DNA of 64,000 nt from Actinomycetota bacterium (GCA_013178005.1 JABLXL010000006.1:5523-69522); one strand, 5' to 3'. Positions 1-10,830 are shown, numbered from the stretch's first letter. Numbers and translations are program-made. Notes: generated from the letters alone by a model not told the origin.

Positions 1-1197
1 ATCAAAGTGAGACGCGTGGCGGTCAGGGACCTCTCCGATCCCCGTTACGTGGATGTCCCCGAGGGAGAGCTGACCACGGATGCCCTGCAGGTCATCCACG
101 ACCCGGAAGTCGATATCGTGGTCGAGGTAATCGGCGGCGTGGAACCGGCGAGGACCTTCATCCTGGAGTCGATCTCCAGGGGCAAGCACGTGGTCTCCGC
201 CAACAAAGAGCTCTTAAGCACGCACGGCGGCGAGATCCTGCGTGCCGCCGAAGAGGCGGGAGTGGACGTGGCCTACGAGGCCAGCGTGGGCGGGGCCATC
301 CCCATACTCCTGCCCCTGAAATACAGCCTGGCCGGAAACGCCGTGGACAGCATCCTGGGAATCGTGAACGGCACCACCAATTACGTCCTCACGCGCATGA
401 GCGAGGAGGGGCTGTCCTTCTCGGAGGCATTGAGCAAGGCGCAGGAGCGGGGTTACGCGGAGGCCGACCCCAGCGCCGACGTGGAGGGGAAGGACGCGGC
501 GGCCAAGCTGGCCATACTCGCCTCCATGGCCTTCAACTCCCGCGTTACCCTTGATGACGTGTACACCGAGGGCATCGCCGGGATAACCCCTGACGACATC
601 AGGTTCGGGAGGGACCTCGGGTACGTCATCAAGCTTCTGGCGGTGGCCAAGGACGACCCCGACGGCATCAGCGTACGCGTCCATCCCACCATGATCCCGG
701 TGGACCATCCCCTGGCGGCGGTGAGGGACGAGAACAACGCCATCTTCGTGTCAGGGGACGCGGCGGGGGAGCTGATGTTCTACGGCAAGGGAGCGGGCTC
801 CCTGCCGGCGGCAAGCGCGGTGGTGGGGGACATAATCACCATCGCCCGCAACCTGCTTTCGGGCGGGCGCATGGCGGGGTGCACCTGTTTCTACCGCAAG
901 CCCGTGAAGGACATGGCCGACGTCATTTGCCGCTACTTCATGCTCTTCGATGCGCCCGACCGGCCGGGGGTGCTGGCCAGGATAGCGGGGGTGTTCGGGG
1001 ATAACGGGGTAAGCATTAAGTCGGTCATCCAACATGGCACGGGGAGCGAAGCGCGCATCGTGCTGGTCACGCACGCGGTGCCGGAGAGGAGCATCCGCTC
1101 CACGGTCAGGGGTCTGGAGGAACTGGGCGCGGTCAACCGCATCGCCAGCGTCATCAGGGTGGAGGACCGGGATGGGGAAGGATGCCGCGAGGGTTGA
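1..1197 (+). CDS. hom: Homoserine dehydrogenase with C-terminal ACT domain (5' end lies outside the window)
   Basis: Motifs VVEVIGG, VVSANK, EASVGGAIP, GIVNGTTNY, GYAEADP and DAAAKL; ACT-like C-terminus (DRPGVLA). The frame is open to the window edge and the N-terminal GxGxxG motif is missing. Confidence 0.96.
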   Translation: MKVRRVAVRDLSDPRYVDVPEGELTTDALQVIHDPEVDIVVEVIGGVEPARTFILESISRGKHVVSANKELLSTHGGEILRAAEEAGVDVAYEASVGGAIPILLPLKYSLAGNAVDSILGIVNGTTNYVLTRMSEEGLSFSEALSKAQERGYAEADPSADVEGKDAAAKLAILASMAFNSRVTLDDVYTEGIAGITPDDIRFGRDLGYVIKLLAVAKDDPDGISVRVHPTMIPVDHPLAAVRDENNAIFVSGDAAGELMFYGKGAGSLPAASAVVGDIITIARNLLSGGRMAGCTCFYRKPVKDMADVICRYFMLFDAPDRPGVLARIAGVFGDNGVSIKSVIQHGTGSEARIVLVTHAVPERSIRSTVRGLEELGAVNRIASVIRVEDRDGEGCREG

Positions 1198-1360
1198 CGG
1201 TAGCCGCGCGCGTCGTGGGCGGGCGGCGAAAGGCCGCCCGGGATCGCCGGCGGGCGACGCTCGTGAGCGCGAGGAGAGCCGGAACAGGCTCCGTCCCATT
1301 GGGCCAAGCGGTTAGGGATCAAAACGCGGGCTAAGGACGCGCGTTTGGAGGAGGTAGGAA

Positions 1361-2416
1361 TTGGTAACGGAATGGCGGGGGATAATCGAGGCCTTCAGGG
1401 AGTTCCTCCCCGTGGGAGAGGGCACGCCCGTGGTTACCTTGAGGGAGGGGAACACCCCCCTGGTGGAGGCCGCTTACATCAGCAGGCAGCTCGGGGTCGA
1501 GGTGCTTCTCAAGTGCGAGGGCATGAACCCCACGGGTTCCTTCAAGGACCGCGGCATGACGGTGGCGGTGAGCAAGGCCGTGGAGGAAGGGGCCAGGACG
1601 GTGATCTGCGCCTCCACCGGGAACACCAGCGCCTCGGCGGCGGCCTACGCGGCGCGGGCGGGCATCGGTTGCGCCGTGCTCATCCCGGGAGGAGCCATAG
1701 CCCTGGGCAAGCTCGCCCAGGCTCTCGTGCACGGAGCCACGGTGATCGCGGTGAAGGGAAACTTCGACCAGGCTTTGAAGTTGGTGAGGGAGATAAGTGA
1801 GGAGTACCCGGTGGTCCTGGTCAATTCACTGAATCCCCACCGTATAGAGGGACAGAAAACGGGGGCTTTCGAGATATGCGACGCGCTGGGGCGCGCACCA
1901 GATTACCATTTTATACCAGTTGGCAACGCGGGCAATATTACCGCTTACTGGAAGGGGTATAGGGAATATCTGGAGGCGGGACGGATCGGCTCCCTTCCGC
2001 GCATGATGGGCTGGCAGGCAGAAGGCGCCGCCCCCATCGTCAGGGGGCGGGTGGTCGAAGATCCCCGCACCGTGGCCACGGCGATCAGGATCGGAAACCC
2101 CGCGAGCTGGGATCGCGCGGTTGCCGCGGCGAGGGAGTCGATGGGGAAAATCGACATGGTTTCCGACGAAGAGATCTTAGATGCCTACAGGCTTCTAGCG
2201 GACCGGGAAGGGGTGTTCGTTGAACCGGCCTCGGCCGCCTCGGTGGCCGGACTTTACAAGGCATGCGCGCGCGGCGAGATCCCGGCAGGCTCCACGGTGG
2301 TGTGCGTGCTCACCGGGCATGGGCTCAAGGACCCGGGGCTGGCCGTGGAATGCGTGCGCGAACCGCTGGCGGTTCCTCCCCGAAAGGAGGAGATACTGGA
2401 GATACTGGGACTGTAG
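1361..2416 (+). CDS. thrC: Threonine synthase
   Basis: [16 protein letters not shown] (PLP lysine), [33 protein letters not shown] start after a GGAGG RBS; follows hom. Confidence 0.96.
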   Translation: MVTEWRGIIEAFREFLPVGEGTPVVTLREGNTPLVEAAYISRQLGVEVLLKCEGMNPTGSFKDRGMTVAVSKAVEEGARTVICASTGNTSASAAAYAARAGIGCAVLIPGGAIALGKLAQALVHGATVIAVKGNFDQALKLVREISEEYPVVLVNSLNPHRIEGQKTGAFEICDALGRAPDYHFIPVGNAGNITAYWKGYREYLEAGRIGSLPRMMGWQAEGAAPIVRGRVVEDPRTVATAIRIGNPASWDRAVAAARESMGKIDMVSDEEILDAYRLLADREGVFVEPASAASVAGLYKACARGEIPAGSTVVCVLTGHGLKDPGLAVECVREPLAVPPRKEEILEILGL

Positions 2417-2441
2417 GGGGTTCAAAAGGGGGCTGTTGGAT

Positions 2442-3662
2442 ATGAAATACGTGGTCCTGGTGCCTGACGGGGCGGCGGACAGGCCGCTGGAAGGACATGG
2501 AGGGCTGACGCCGCTGGAGGCGGCCCGCACTCCCAACATGGATTTTATTGCCAGGGAGGGGATATGCGGGACGGCGGTCACCGTGCCGGAGGGCATGCCG
2601 GCGGGGAGCGACGTGGCCAATTATTCCCTCCTGGGTTACGACCCGCGCGAGTTCTACAGCGGCAGGGGTCCCCTGGAGGCCGCGAGCATGGGCATCGAGC
2701 TGGAGCCCGAACAGGTGGCGTTCCGTTGCAACCTGGTGACCGAGAAAGAGGACGTGCTCGCTGACTACAGCGCCGGCCACATCACCACCCCGGAGGCGCG
2801 CGAACTCATACACGCGTTGAGCGAACGCCTTGACGACGCGTTCACCGCCTTCCACCCGGGCGTCGGCTACCGCCACCTCCTGGTGCTGAAGGGGTTGAAG
2901 CACCTGGAGGACCGCTGTCACCCTCCCCACGACGTGGTCGGGAGGGAGATAGAGGGCATCCTGCCCGAGGGTCCCGGTGCGTCAAGGCTTAACGCCCTCA
3001 TGCGTCTCTCCAGGCGCATTCTATCGGAGCATCCCGTGAACAAGCGGCGAGAGGCGCAAGGCCTCCCGGCCGCCAACCTCATCTGGCCCTGGGGCCAGGG
3101 GAGGACACCCAGCCTACCCACCTTCCAGGAGAAATACGGTCTGAGGGGAGCTATCATCACCGCCGTAGATCTCCTGAAGGGGCTGGGAAAACTGGCGGGG
3201 CTCGAGGTGGTGGACGTCCCCGGCGCCACGGGATATTACGACACCGATTACGCGGCCAAGGCGGCCTACGCCAGGGAGTGTCTGCGCCGCCTGGACCTGG
3301 TTTACATACACGTGGAAGCGCCGGATGAGGCGGGCCATGAGGGGAACTGGCAGGAAAAGGTAACCGCCATCGAGCGGGTGGACGAGCTCATCCTGGGCTC
3401 GCTGCTGGACGAGACGGTTCGCTCGGGAGAGGAGTTCGCCTTTCTGCTCGCCCCCGACCATCCCACGCCCCTAGAGGTGAGGACCCACGTGCCTGACCCC
3501 GTGCCCTTCGCTATCTATTTTCCACAGGCGGTGCCGGATAAGTGTAAGGCTTTCAACGAGAAAGCGGTGAGGGAGGGATCCTTCCAAGGGCACGCAGGGT
3601 GGAAGTTAATGGAACAACTCATGGGTAAGGCAGGGGGGATACGGGCGGGCTCCAGCATGTGA
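2442..3662 (+). CDS. apgM: ApgM-family cofactor-independent phosphoglycerate mutase / proposed homoserine kinase
   Basis: MKYVVLVPDGAAD, TPLEAARTPNMD, GSDVAN, GRGPLEA, HVEAPDEAGH and DHPTP metalloenzyme motifs. Start placed at ATG 2442. Confidence 0.9.
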   Translation: MKYVVLVPDGAADRPLEGHGGLTPLEAARTPNMDFIAREGICGTAVTVPEGMPAGSDVANYSLLGYDPREFYSGRGPLEAASMGIELEPEQVAFRCNLVTEKEDVLADYSAGHITTPEARELIHALSERLDDAFTAFHPGVGYRHLLVLKGLKHLEDRCHPPHDVVGREIEGILPEGPGASRLNALMRLSRRILSEHPVNKRREAQGLPAANLIWPWGQGRTPSLPTFQEKYGLRGAIITAVDLLKGLGKLAGLEVVDVPGATGYYDTDYAAKAAYARECLRRLDLVYIHVEAPDEAGHEGNWQEKVTAIERVDELILGSLLDETVRSGEEFAFLLAPDHPTPLEVRTHVPDPVPFAIYFPQAVPDKCKAFNEKAVREGSFQGHAGWKLMEQLMGKAGGIRAGSSM

Positions 3663-3758
3663 TATATTGGGATTATAGACCTGAATGCGAGAAACCCCCG
3701 TGCCGGAAGTGGTGCATAACAACACGGCAGTGTGGGGATACGAGCGGAGCGGAAAGAG

Positions 3759-4580
3759 ATGCCTGCGAGGATATTTCCCGTCAGCAAGTCGCCTGTGGTT
3801 ATCGCCCATGTCTCCGATTTCCATATCGGCTCCTACCACTTCGTGGCGAACCTCATGAACCGCTGCATCCTCGAGCTCAACGAGCTGGAGCCGGACATCG
3901 TGGTGGTGACGGGCGACCTGACTAACGAAGGTTTCCGACAGGAGTACCTCACCGCGAAGTCCTACCTGGACGGGCTGGAGTGCGAGCGGGTGATGGTCAT
4001 CCCCGGTAATCACGATTCGCGCAACGTGGGTTATTTACACTTCCAGGAGCTTTTCGGCCCCCTGTTCCAGAACCTGGAATGGGCTGGAGTTTACATCATG
4101 GGAGTCGATTCCAGCGAGCCGGACCTGGATTCGGGACAGATAGGGCGTGAGAAATACGCGAGGATCGTGGAATATTTCCACGGGGTAGAGGGCTTCAAGG
4201 TCTTCGCGCTTCACCACCACCTCCTCCCCGTGCCGGGAACGGGAAGGGAAAGGAACATCGTATTCGACGCGGGAGACGTGTTGGAGCTCCTGGTGTACGC
4301 GGGCGTTGACCTGGTCCTTACGGGGCACAAGCACGTGCCCTACGTGTGGAAGCTGGAGGACCTATACGTTGTTAACGCTGGCACCATATCCTCATTGCGC
4401 CTGCGGGGGAATACCAAGCCCTGCTACAACGTGATAGAGATCAGGGAAGACCTGGTGAGGATCTTCCGGAAGTATCCCTTTGGGGGGCGCGACGTGATCG
4501 CGCAGTTCGGGGTGGGGGTGAACGACACGCAGAAGGGGCTTTCGGGGGTGGTGAGGGAGATCATCGGCTCCGATCTTTAG
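3759..4580 (+). CDS. Calcineurin-like metallophosphoesterase (CpdA/Icc-like)
   Basis: HVSDFH, TGDLT, PGNHD, LHHH and GHKH metal-binding motifs. Start uncertain (3732 or 3759). Confidence 0.9.
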   Translation: MPARIFPVSKSPVVIAHVSDFHIGSYHFVANLMNRCILELNELEPDIVVVTGDLTNEGFRQEYLTAKSYLDGLECERVMVIPGNHDSRNVGYLHFQELFGPLFQNLEWAGVYIMGVDSSEPDLDSGQIGREKYARIVEYFHGVEGFKVFALHHHLLPVPGTGRERNIVFDAGDVLELLVYAGVDLVLTGHKHVPYVWKLEDLYVVNAGTISSLRLRGNTKPCYNVIEIREDLVRIFRKYPFGGRDVIAQFGVGVNDTQKGLSGVVREIIGSDL

Positions 4581-4961
4581 AACGACGCCCGGCCAAGATC
4601 CAACGTCTCGGAAAAGAAGCGCCAAACGAGGATCCAGGAAGCCTTGATCGCACGTTCTTACGAAACCGCTTGGTAAGCGCGGGAAACGGCGAGGGGACAA
4701 GCCGTTCCCACCATAGCCTCAGGCGTGAGGCGCGGCCGTGATGGGGCGAGAAGGGTCTGTCGTAGGATCCCGAAAGCGCGCGATGGCCCTTCGAGCAGGC
4801 CATGGAATCGCCCATTTCAATGAGGTAGCGCTTGAGCCGGCGATGACCGGAAATTGGGAGCGAAGGCGCAGTGGGGCGTCTTGGAATGCAGCGTGCGTGG
4901 AGATGAGGTCGAGGCGGGTGGCCGGGCTGGGAGGTATAGGAAGAGACGGAAAGGAGCGCGG

Positions 4962-6335
4962 ATGTCGGAGAAGCGGCGTGCCGTCTTTCTGGTGGATGGA
5001 GAGCACCACCCCGATACCGTGCGCGGGGCGGTACGCGCCCTGGCGGAGAGGGAAAACCTGGAACCGCTTGCCCTGTATTTCCTGGGAGGCGCAGAGAAGC
5101 TCGGCGACGCCTCGGAGTTATCGGTGGAGGGATGCGCGCTGGTGGTGCCAGGGGATCCTATTGGCGATTTCGCAAACACGCTCGAGCGTTATTCTCCCCA
5201 TGTGGTCCTGGACTTGAGCGACCTTCCCGTGCTCGGCCCGGCGATGCGCATGAGGATGGCCGCGACGGCCTTGGCGCGGGGAGTCGCCTACCTGGGGGCG
5301 GACTTCGAATTCAGGCCGCCGCGCCGCGAGCGCGTCCTAACCAAGCCCTCCTGCGCGGTGATCGGAACCGGCAAACGGTGTGGGAAGACGGCGGTGTCGG
5401 CGGAGATGGCGCGTTACCTGGCGCGCACGGGAAGGGAGCCGGTGGTGGTGGCCATGGGGAGGGGCGGGCCGCCAAGGCCGTACGTGGTGGAGGAGCGGGT
5501 GGTGGACGAGGAATACCTCCAGGGTGAGCTGGGTAAGGGATTGCACGCCGCGTCCGACCACTACGAAGACGCCATGGTTTCCGGAGTGGTGACCGTGGGA
5601 TCACGCCGCTGCGGGGGAGGGATGGCGGGAGAGCCTTTCGTCACCAACTGTGCGGAGGCGGCGGCGGTGGCGGAAAGCCTGCCGGGCCGGGTGGTTATAG
5701 TGGAGGGCAGCGGATCGAGCGTGCCGCCGGTGCTCACCGATACGTCGGTGTTGGTCGTGAGCGCGGCGCAGGACCTCGAGGAAGCCCTGGGATACCTGGG
5801 CGCGTACAGGCTCTTGATTTCCGACGGGGTTATCATTACAATGGCTGAAGAGCCTTTCGCGTCTTCCCGAAGAATCCAGGAACTCCGCGAAAGGATAGAG
5901 TGGATAAGTGGCGATGTCGTTGTCCTAAACACGATTTTCAGGCCTCATCCCTTGAAACCCATCCGTGGCAGGAAGGTTTTTCTGGTTGCGACCGCGCCCC
6001 CTGAGGCAAGGGAACTGCTGGAAAAACACCTGCGTGAAAAGGAAGGTTGCGAGGTGTTGGGGAGCAGTTTCAACCTCTCGCGGCGAGACCGGCTCGTGAG
6101 CGACCTCGGGGGCGCGGACGAAGCGGAGGTGGTGCTCACCGAGCTCAAGGCGGCCGCGGTGGACGTGGTGGCGCGATACGCGCGGCGACGCGGCAAGGAG
6201 TTGGTTTTCTTCCATAACGTTCCGGTCCCCGCCGGGGGGGATATGGACCTGGAGAGGTTTTTTGAAACCATGTGGGCGAAAGCCACGGAGAGATCATGCC
6301 GGCAGAAGAAGACAAGAAAAGAAAAGACAGGATAA
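4962..6335 (+). CDS. cpgS: Cyclic 2,3-diphosphoglycerate synthetase
   Basis: VDGEHHP, DLSDLPV, GADF, P-loop-like GTGKRCGKT, VAMGRGGP, HAASDHYEDA, RRCGGGMAG, EGSG and TELKAAAVDVV match the CpgS family. AAGGAG RBS before ATG 4962. Confidence 0.9.
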   Translation: MSEKRRAVFLVDGEHHPDTVRGAVRALAERENLEPLALYFLGGAEKLGDASELSVEGCALVVPGDPIGDFANTLERYSPHVVLDLSDLPVLGPAMRMRMAATALARGVAYLGADFEFRPPRRERVLTKPSCAVIGTGKRCGKTAVSAEMARYLARTGREPVVVAMGRGGPPRPYVVEERVVDEEYLQGELGKGLHAASDHYEDAMVSGVVTVGSRRCGGGMAGEPFVTNCAEAAAVAESLPGRVVIVEGSGSSVPPVLTDTSVLVVSAAQDLEEALGYLGAYRLLISDGVIITMAEEPFASSRRIQELRERIEWISGDVVVLNTIFRPHPLKPIRGRKVFLVATAPPEARELLEKHLREKEGCEVLGSSFNLSRRDRLVSDLGGADEAEVVLTELKAAAVDVVARYARRRGKELVFFHNVPVPAGGDMDLERFFETMWAKATERSCRQKKTRKEKTG

Positions 6336-7258
6336 CCATCCTGGACGAGGAGCGCCACAGGGTACCCTTCTCGAAAGGCCTGACGGCCAACGCCATTATG
6401 GCCTCCGGGCTGGCGCCAGGCAGGGCTTACGCCGTGGCCTCGGACATAGAGGAGCACTTGATCAGGGAGGGCAGGCTGGAGATTAAGGCGGGTGAGCTGC
6501 GCAAGCTCATCTACGGTTTCCTCAACGAACGTGTGGGGGAGCACTACGCCGCCAACTACTGGCGCTACATCTCCTTCAGCAGCCTGAACAAGCCTCTGGT
6601 TATCCTCATCGGCGGATCGACCGGGGTGGGAAAATCTACCATAGCGACCATGCTCGCCAACAGGTTGAGCATCGTGCGCATCGTGTCCACCGACGCTATA
6701 CGCGAGGTCATGCGCGCGTTCTTCTCCCGCGAGCTCATGCCCACCATACACACCTCCTCCTTCGACGCTGACACCGCCCTCATTCACCCTCTGCCGCCGC
6801 ACGTGGACCCGGTGGTGGCGGGATTCCGGGAACAGAGCCTTTCGGTGCTGGTAGGGGTGAGGGCGATAATCAACCGTGCCTTGAAGGAGGGCACGCATAT
6901 CATCATCGAGGGGGCGCACATCGTGCCCGGTTTCATCGCGCCGCAGCAGTTCCCGGACGCCTATATAGTCCCCCTCCTGGTTAAGGTGAGCGACGAGAAG
7001 ATGCACCGCAGCCACTTCTATATACGCGAGGTCGAGACGCAGGGAACGCGTCCTTTCCAGCGCTACCTCGAGTACTTCGAGAACATACGCAAGATCCAGG
7101 ACTACATCGTGCACCTGGGAAACGTGACCGGCACCAAGGCCATAGAGAGCGTGAACCTGGACACGGCGGTTACCGAGATCGTGGATTACGTCATCAACAC
7201 CGCTTACGAGATGGCCAGGAAGGACATGACCGCAGCGAAAGTGGAGCACCTGGTCTGA
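6296..7258 (+). CDS. pgk2: 2-phosphoglycerate kinase with N-terminal ATP-cone
   Basis: PFSKGL ATP-cone start, GGSTGVGKST P-loop, STDAIREVMR, IHTSSF, IIEGAHIVPG. Overlaps the cpgS 3' end. Confidence 0.9.
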   Translation: MPAEEDKKRKDRITILDEERHRVPFSKGLTANAIMASGLAPGRAYAVASDIEEHLIREGRLEIKAGELRKLIYGFLNERVGEHYAANYWRYISFSSLNKPLVILIGGSTGVGKSTIATMLANRLSIVRIVSTDAIREVMRAFFSRELMPTIHTSSFDADTALIHPLPPHVDPVVAGFREQSLSVLVGVRAIINRALKEGTHIIIEGAHIVPGFIAPQQFPDAYIVPLLVKVSDEKMHRSHFYIREVETQGTRPFQRYLEYFENIRKIQDYIVHLGNVTGTKAIESVNLDTAVTEIVDYVINTAYEMARKDMTAAKVEHLV

Positions 7259-7280
7259 GAGCGTGCGACGGAGGTAGGAG

Positions 7281-7928
7281 ATGAAGCTTTTCCTGGACAC
7301 GGCAAATGTGGACCACATCAGGGAAATCAATGCATGGGGCATACTCGCCGGGGTCACCACCAATCCATCCCTCGTCTCCAAGGAAGGGAGGAGCATGCGG
7401 GAATGCCTGGAGGAGATAGCGGGCATCGTCTCCGGCCCCATCAGCGCCGAAGCGGTGAGCATGGACACGGAAGGCATGTTGCGGGAAGCGAGGGAGCTCG
7501 CGGCCATAGCCGATAACATAAACGTCAAAATCCCCATGACCCCGGAGGGACTGGCGGCGGTAAGCGTTCTTGCGCGGGAGGGGATAAAGACCAACGTGAC
7601 CCTGGTCTTTTCCGCCAACCAGGCATTGTTGGCGGCGGCGGCGGGGGCCACTTTCGTGAGTCCCTTCGTGGGAAGGATGGATGATATTGGAAACAGTGGG
7701 ATGAAGGTGGTGGAGGAGATCGTGGACATCTTCGACACCCATTCCATCCCCACCCAGGTGATCGCCGCCAGCCTGCGCCATCCCATGCACGTTACGGAGG
7801 CGGCGCTGGCGGGCGCGCACATCGCGACCATCCCGTACGAGGTCATGGTGAAGATGGCGCACCATCCCCTGACCGATATCGGGATAAGGAGATTTCTGGA
7901 GGATTATGAAAAAATCAAGGACCTATAG
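7281..7928 (+). CDS. tal: Transaldolase / fructose-6-phosphate aldolase (short type)
   Basis: [20 protein letters not shown] (Schiff-base lysine), NVTLVFS, SPFVGR, AASLRHP. Confidence 0.93.
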   Translation: MKLFLDTANVDHIREINAWGILAGVTTNPSLVSKEGRSMRECLEEIAGIVSGPISAEAVSMDTEGMLREARELAAIADNINVKIPMTPEGLAAVSVLAREGIKTNVTLVFSANQALLAAAAGATFVSPFVGRMDDIGNSGMKVVEEIVDIFDTHSIPTQVIAASLRHPMHVTEAALAGAHIATIPYEVMVKMAHHPLTDIGIRRFLEDYEKIKDL

Positions 7929-7968
7929 GCGCACGGGCAAGGAAAACAACCGGGAAGGAGGTGACGAA

Positions 7969-9234
7969 ATGGAGAAGACACTGGAAAGGGAAAGCCTGGA
8001 ATCCATGCTCCTGGTCGATCTTCAGGGCATCGCCCGCGAGATAGGGCTCACCGGGATAACCGGCATGCGCAAGCAGGAGCTCATCGAGAGCATCCTCAGC
8101 CGCAAGGCGGAGGACGAGGGCCTGTTCATCCGCACGGGGATCCTGGACATCCTGCCGGAGGGCTACGGGTTCCTGCGCACGCGCGGTTACCTTCCCAGCG
8201 AGGAGGACATATACGTCTCCCTGTCCCAGATCCGTCGCTTCCACCTCAAGCGCGGCGACGAGATCACGGGGCAGGTGCGCCCTCCCAAGGACAGCGAGAA
8301 GTACAACGCGCTGCTCCGCATCGAGAAGGTGAACGGCGACAACCCGGAGGTGTGCAGGGAGCGCAAGCAGTTCGAGCAACTGACGCCGCTCTTCCCGTTG
8401 GAGCGCCTTCGCCTGGAGACCCCGGACGAGGTGACGGCGCCGCGCATCATCGATCTCATAGCGCCCATAGGAAAGGGGCAGCGAGGGCTCATCGTGTCCC
8501 CTCCCAAGGCGGGAAAGACCACCATCCTCAAGCAGATCGCCAACAGCATCACCTACAACAATCCCGAGGTGAAGCTCATCGTGCTGCTGGTGGACGAGCG
8601 CCCGGAGGAGGTCACGGACATGGAGCGCAGCGTGAACGGCGAGGTGATAAGCTCCACGTTCGACCAGCCTTCCGACAACCACATCCAGGTAGCTGAGCTG
8701 GTGCTGGAAAGGGCCAAGCGCCTGGTCGAGCACAACCACGACGTGGTCATCCTGCTCGACAGCATCACCAGGCTGGCGCGCGCTTACAACCTGGCCACAC
8801 CCACCAGCGGGCGCATCCTGTCCGGCGGCGTGGATTCCACCGCCCTCTACCCACCCAAGCGCTTCTTCGGGGCGGCGCGCAATATCGAGGACGGCGGAAG
8901 CATGACCATCATCGCCACCGCCCTGGTGGAGACGGGGTCCCGCATGGACGAGGTCATCTTCGAGGAGTTCAAGGGCACGGGTAACATGGAGCTGCACCTG
9001 GACCGCAAGCTGGCGGACAAGCGCATCTTCCCGGCCATAGAGATCGACAAATCGGGGACGCGCAAGGAGGAGCTCATCATGGCGCCCGAGGAGGCGCAGG
9101 TGGTGTGGAAGCTCCGTCGCGTGTTGCATGCCCTCGATCCCAGCGCGGCCATCGAGCTGCTCATAGACAAGATACGCAACACCAAGAACAACGCCGAGTT
9201 CCTGAGCGAGATCGCAAGATCGCCGATTTCCTGA
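7969..9234 (+). CDS. rho: Transcription termination factor Rho
   Basis: [57 protein letters not shown] before 7969. Confidence 0.98.
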   Translation: MEKTLERESLESMLLVDLQGIAREIGLTGITGMRKQELIESILSRKAEDEGLFIRTGILDILPEGYGFLRTRGYLPSEEDIYVSLSQIRRFHLKRGDEITGQVRPPKDSEKYNALLRIEKVNGDNPEVCRERKQFEQLTPLFPLERLRLETPDEVTAPRIIDLIAPIGKGQRGLIVSPPKAGKTTILKQIANSITYNNPEVKLIVLLVDERPEEVTDMERSVNGEVISSTFDQPSDNHIQVAELVLERAKRLVEHNHDVVILLDSITRLARAYNLATPTSGRILSGGVDSTALYPPKRFFGAARNIEDGGSMTIIATALVETGSRMDEVIFEEFKGTGNMELHLDRKLADKRIFPAIEIDKSGTRKEELIMAPEEAQVVWKLRRVLHALDPSAAIELLIDKIRNTKNNAEFLSEIARSPIS

Positions 9235-9375
9235 GGTGGGGCGAAGAGAAGGGGCGCCACGGCACCCCTTCTTCACCGCATGGATTTCACGGGCTCCTGC
9301 GCGCCACCCTGTTCAGACGCCATGGCGGTTGCTATACTATCTGGGTTGCGCGGAGGATAGCGGAGGTTGAAGAGG

Positions 9376-9633
9376 ATGAAAAAGGGAATACACCCCGATT
9401 ACGTGGAGGCGACGGTCACCTGTTCCTGCGGGAACACCTTCAAGACGCGCTCCACCAAGTCCGAGTTGAGGGTGGAGATATGCTCCCAGTGCCACCCCTT
9501 TTACTCCGGCAAGCAGAAACTGGTGGATACCGGAGGAAGGGTGGAGCGCTTCGAGCGCCGCTATGGAAAGGCGAGACCGCAGCGTAAGCGCGCGTCGGAC
9601 CAGAAGGCCAGGAAGCAGGAGGGGCAGGATTAG
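9376..9633 (+). CDS. rpmE: 50S ribosomal protein L31 (Zn-binding type)
   Basis: [28 protein letters not shown]. Confidence 0.97.
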   Translation: MKKGIHPDYVEATVTCSCGNTFKTRSTKSELRVEICSQCHPFYSGKQKLVDTGGRVERFERRYGKARPQRKRASDQKARKQEGQD

Positions 9634-9810
9634 CGCCCGTTCCGATACTCCGGCGGCGGGGGGGTCCCACCAAGCCCTCTGCGCGCGCGGGCGCCTGCCC
9701 CGGCGCAAAGGGCGCCGGCCACCGAGAGCTTAGGGGCGTTTCATCCTTAGCGGGAGTTGGTGAAGTTGTGCCCTTCCCTATCCCGACCGGTGCCGAGCAA
9801 GGGCGAGGAA

Positions 9811-10710
9811 ATGCCGTCGGAAAACCGTGGCAAGGACCTGCGCATAGGCGGCCAGGCGGTTATCGAGGGCGTGATGATGCGTGGTCGCGCCAACTGGTCG
9901 CTGGCGGTGCGCAAGCCGGATGGGGAGATCGACGTCTCCGCCGAGCCCCTTTCCTCCTTCCTGGTGCGCCACCCGGGTTGGGACAGGCCCTTCCTGCGAG
10001 GGGTGTTCCTGCTGGGCGAGAGCCTGGCCCTGGGTTGGCGCGCGCTCACCCAGTCGGCTGATATCGCCCTGCGCGAGAAGGAAGAAGACAAGGGGTTGGG
10101 CTGGCTGCAGCAAGCCCTAACGCTGGTTTTTTCCATTGCCCTCGCGGTGGGGCTCTTCATCCTCCTCCCCACCTGGCTGGCGCCGCTGATGCTGGGCGAG
10201 GGCAGCCCGGTGTGGTTGTGGAACCTGGTCGAGGGAGCCTTGCGCGTGGCCTTGTTCCTGGCCTACCTCGCCCTGGTATCTCTTTCCAGTGAGATGCGCC
10301 GTGTCTTTCAATACCACGGGGCGGAGCACCAGTGCATCCACCTCTGGGAGCATAACTACCCCCTGGAGCCGGAGTGGGCGTTGAGGGAGGGGACGGACCA
10401 CGCGCGTTGCGGCACCGCCTTCATCCTCCTGGTCCTGGTGCTCACGGTGATCGCCTACTCGTTTCTGGGGAGGCCGGCGGTATGGCTTCGCGTGCTGGAG
10501 AGGGTGGCGTTGATCCCGGTCATTTCCGGGGTTTCGTATGAGATAATGAAATACGCGGACACAAGCTCCTCCCCCTGGGTAAAGAGCCTCTTGATCCCGG
10601 GCATGTGGTTGCAGAGATTAACTACCCGCAGGCCCGGAAAGGATCAGGTAGAGGTGGCCCTTGCCGCCCTGAAGGCCTTACTGGAGCGGGAGGATCCTCG
10701 GCACGGGTGA
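9811..10710 (+). CDS. DUF1385 family membrane protein (YqhQ-like)
   Basis: IGGQAVIEGVMM, FQYHGAEH, HARCGTAF, LQRLTT; occupies the usual rpmE-prfA position. Confidence 0.88.
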   Translation: MPSENRGKDLRIGGQAVIEGVMMRGRANWSLAVRKPDGEIDVSAEPLSSFLVRHPGWDRPFLRGVFLLGESLALGWRALTQSADIALREKEEDKGLGWLQQALTLVFSIALAVGLFILLPTWLAPLMLGEGSPVWLWNLVEGALRVALFLAYLALVSLSSEMRRVFQYHGAEHQCIHLWEHNYPLEPEWALREGTDHARCGTAFILLVLVLTVIAYSFLGRPAVWLRVLERVALIPVISGVSYEIMKYADTSSSPWVKSLLIPGMWLQRLTTRRPGKDQVEVALAALKALLEREDPRHG

Positions 10711-10830
10711 GAAGGAGGGGATCGCGGCACGGGGAGGCAGGTCGGCGTTGGCTATGGCCATCCCCGGGGGCTGCGAGACGCACGCGCGACGCGCGGACCG
10801 GCTCCACGGGCGGGAGCGAAAGGATGAGGC

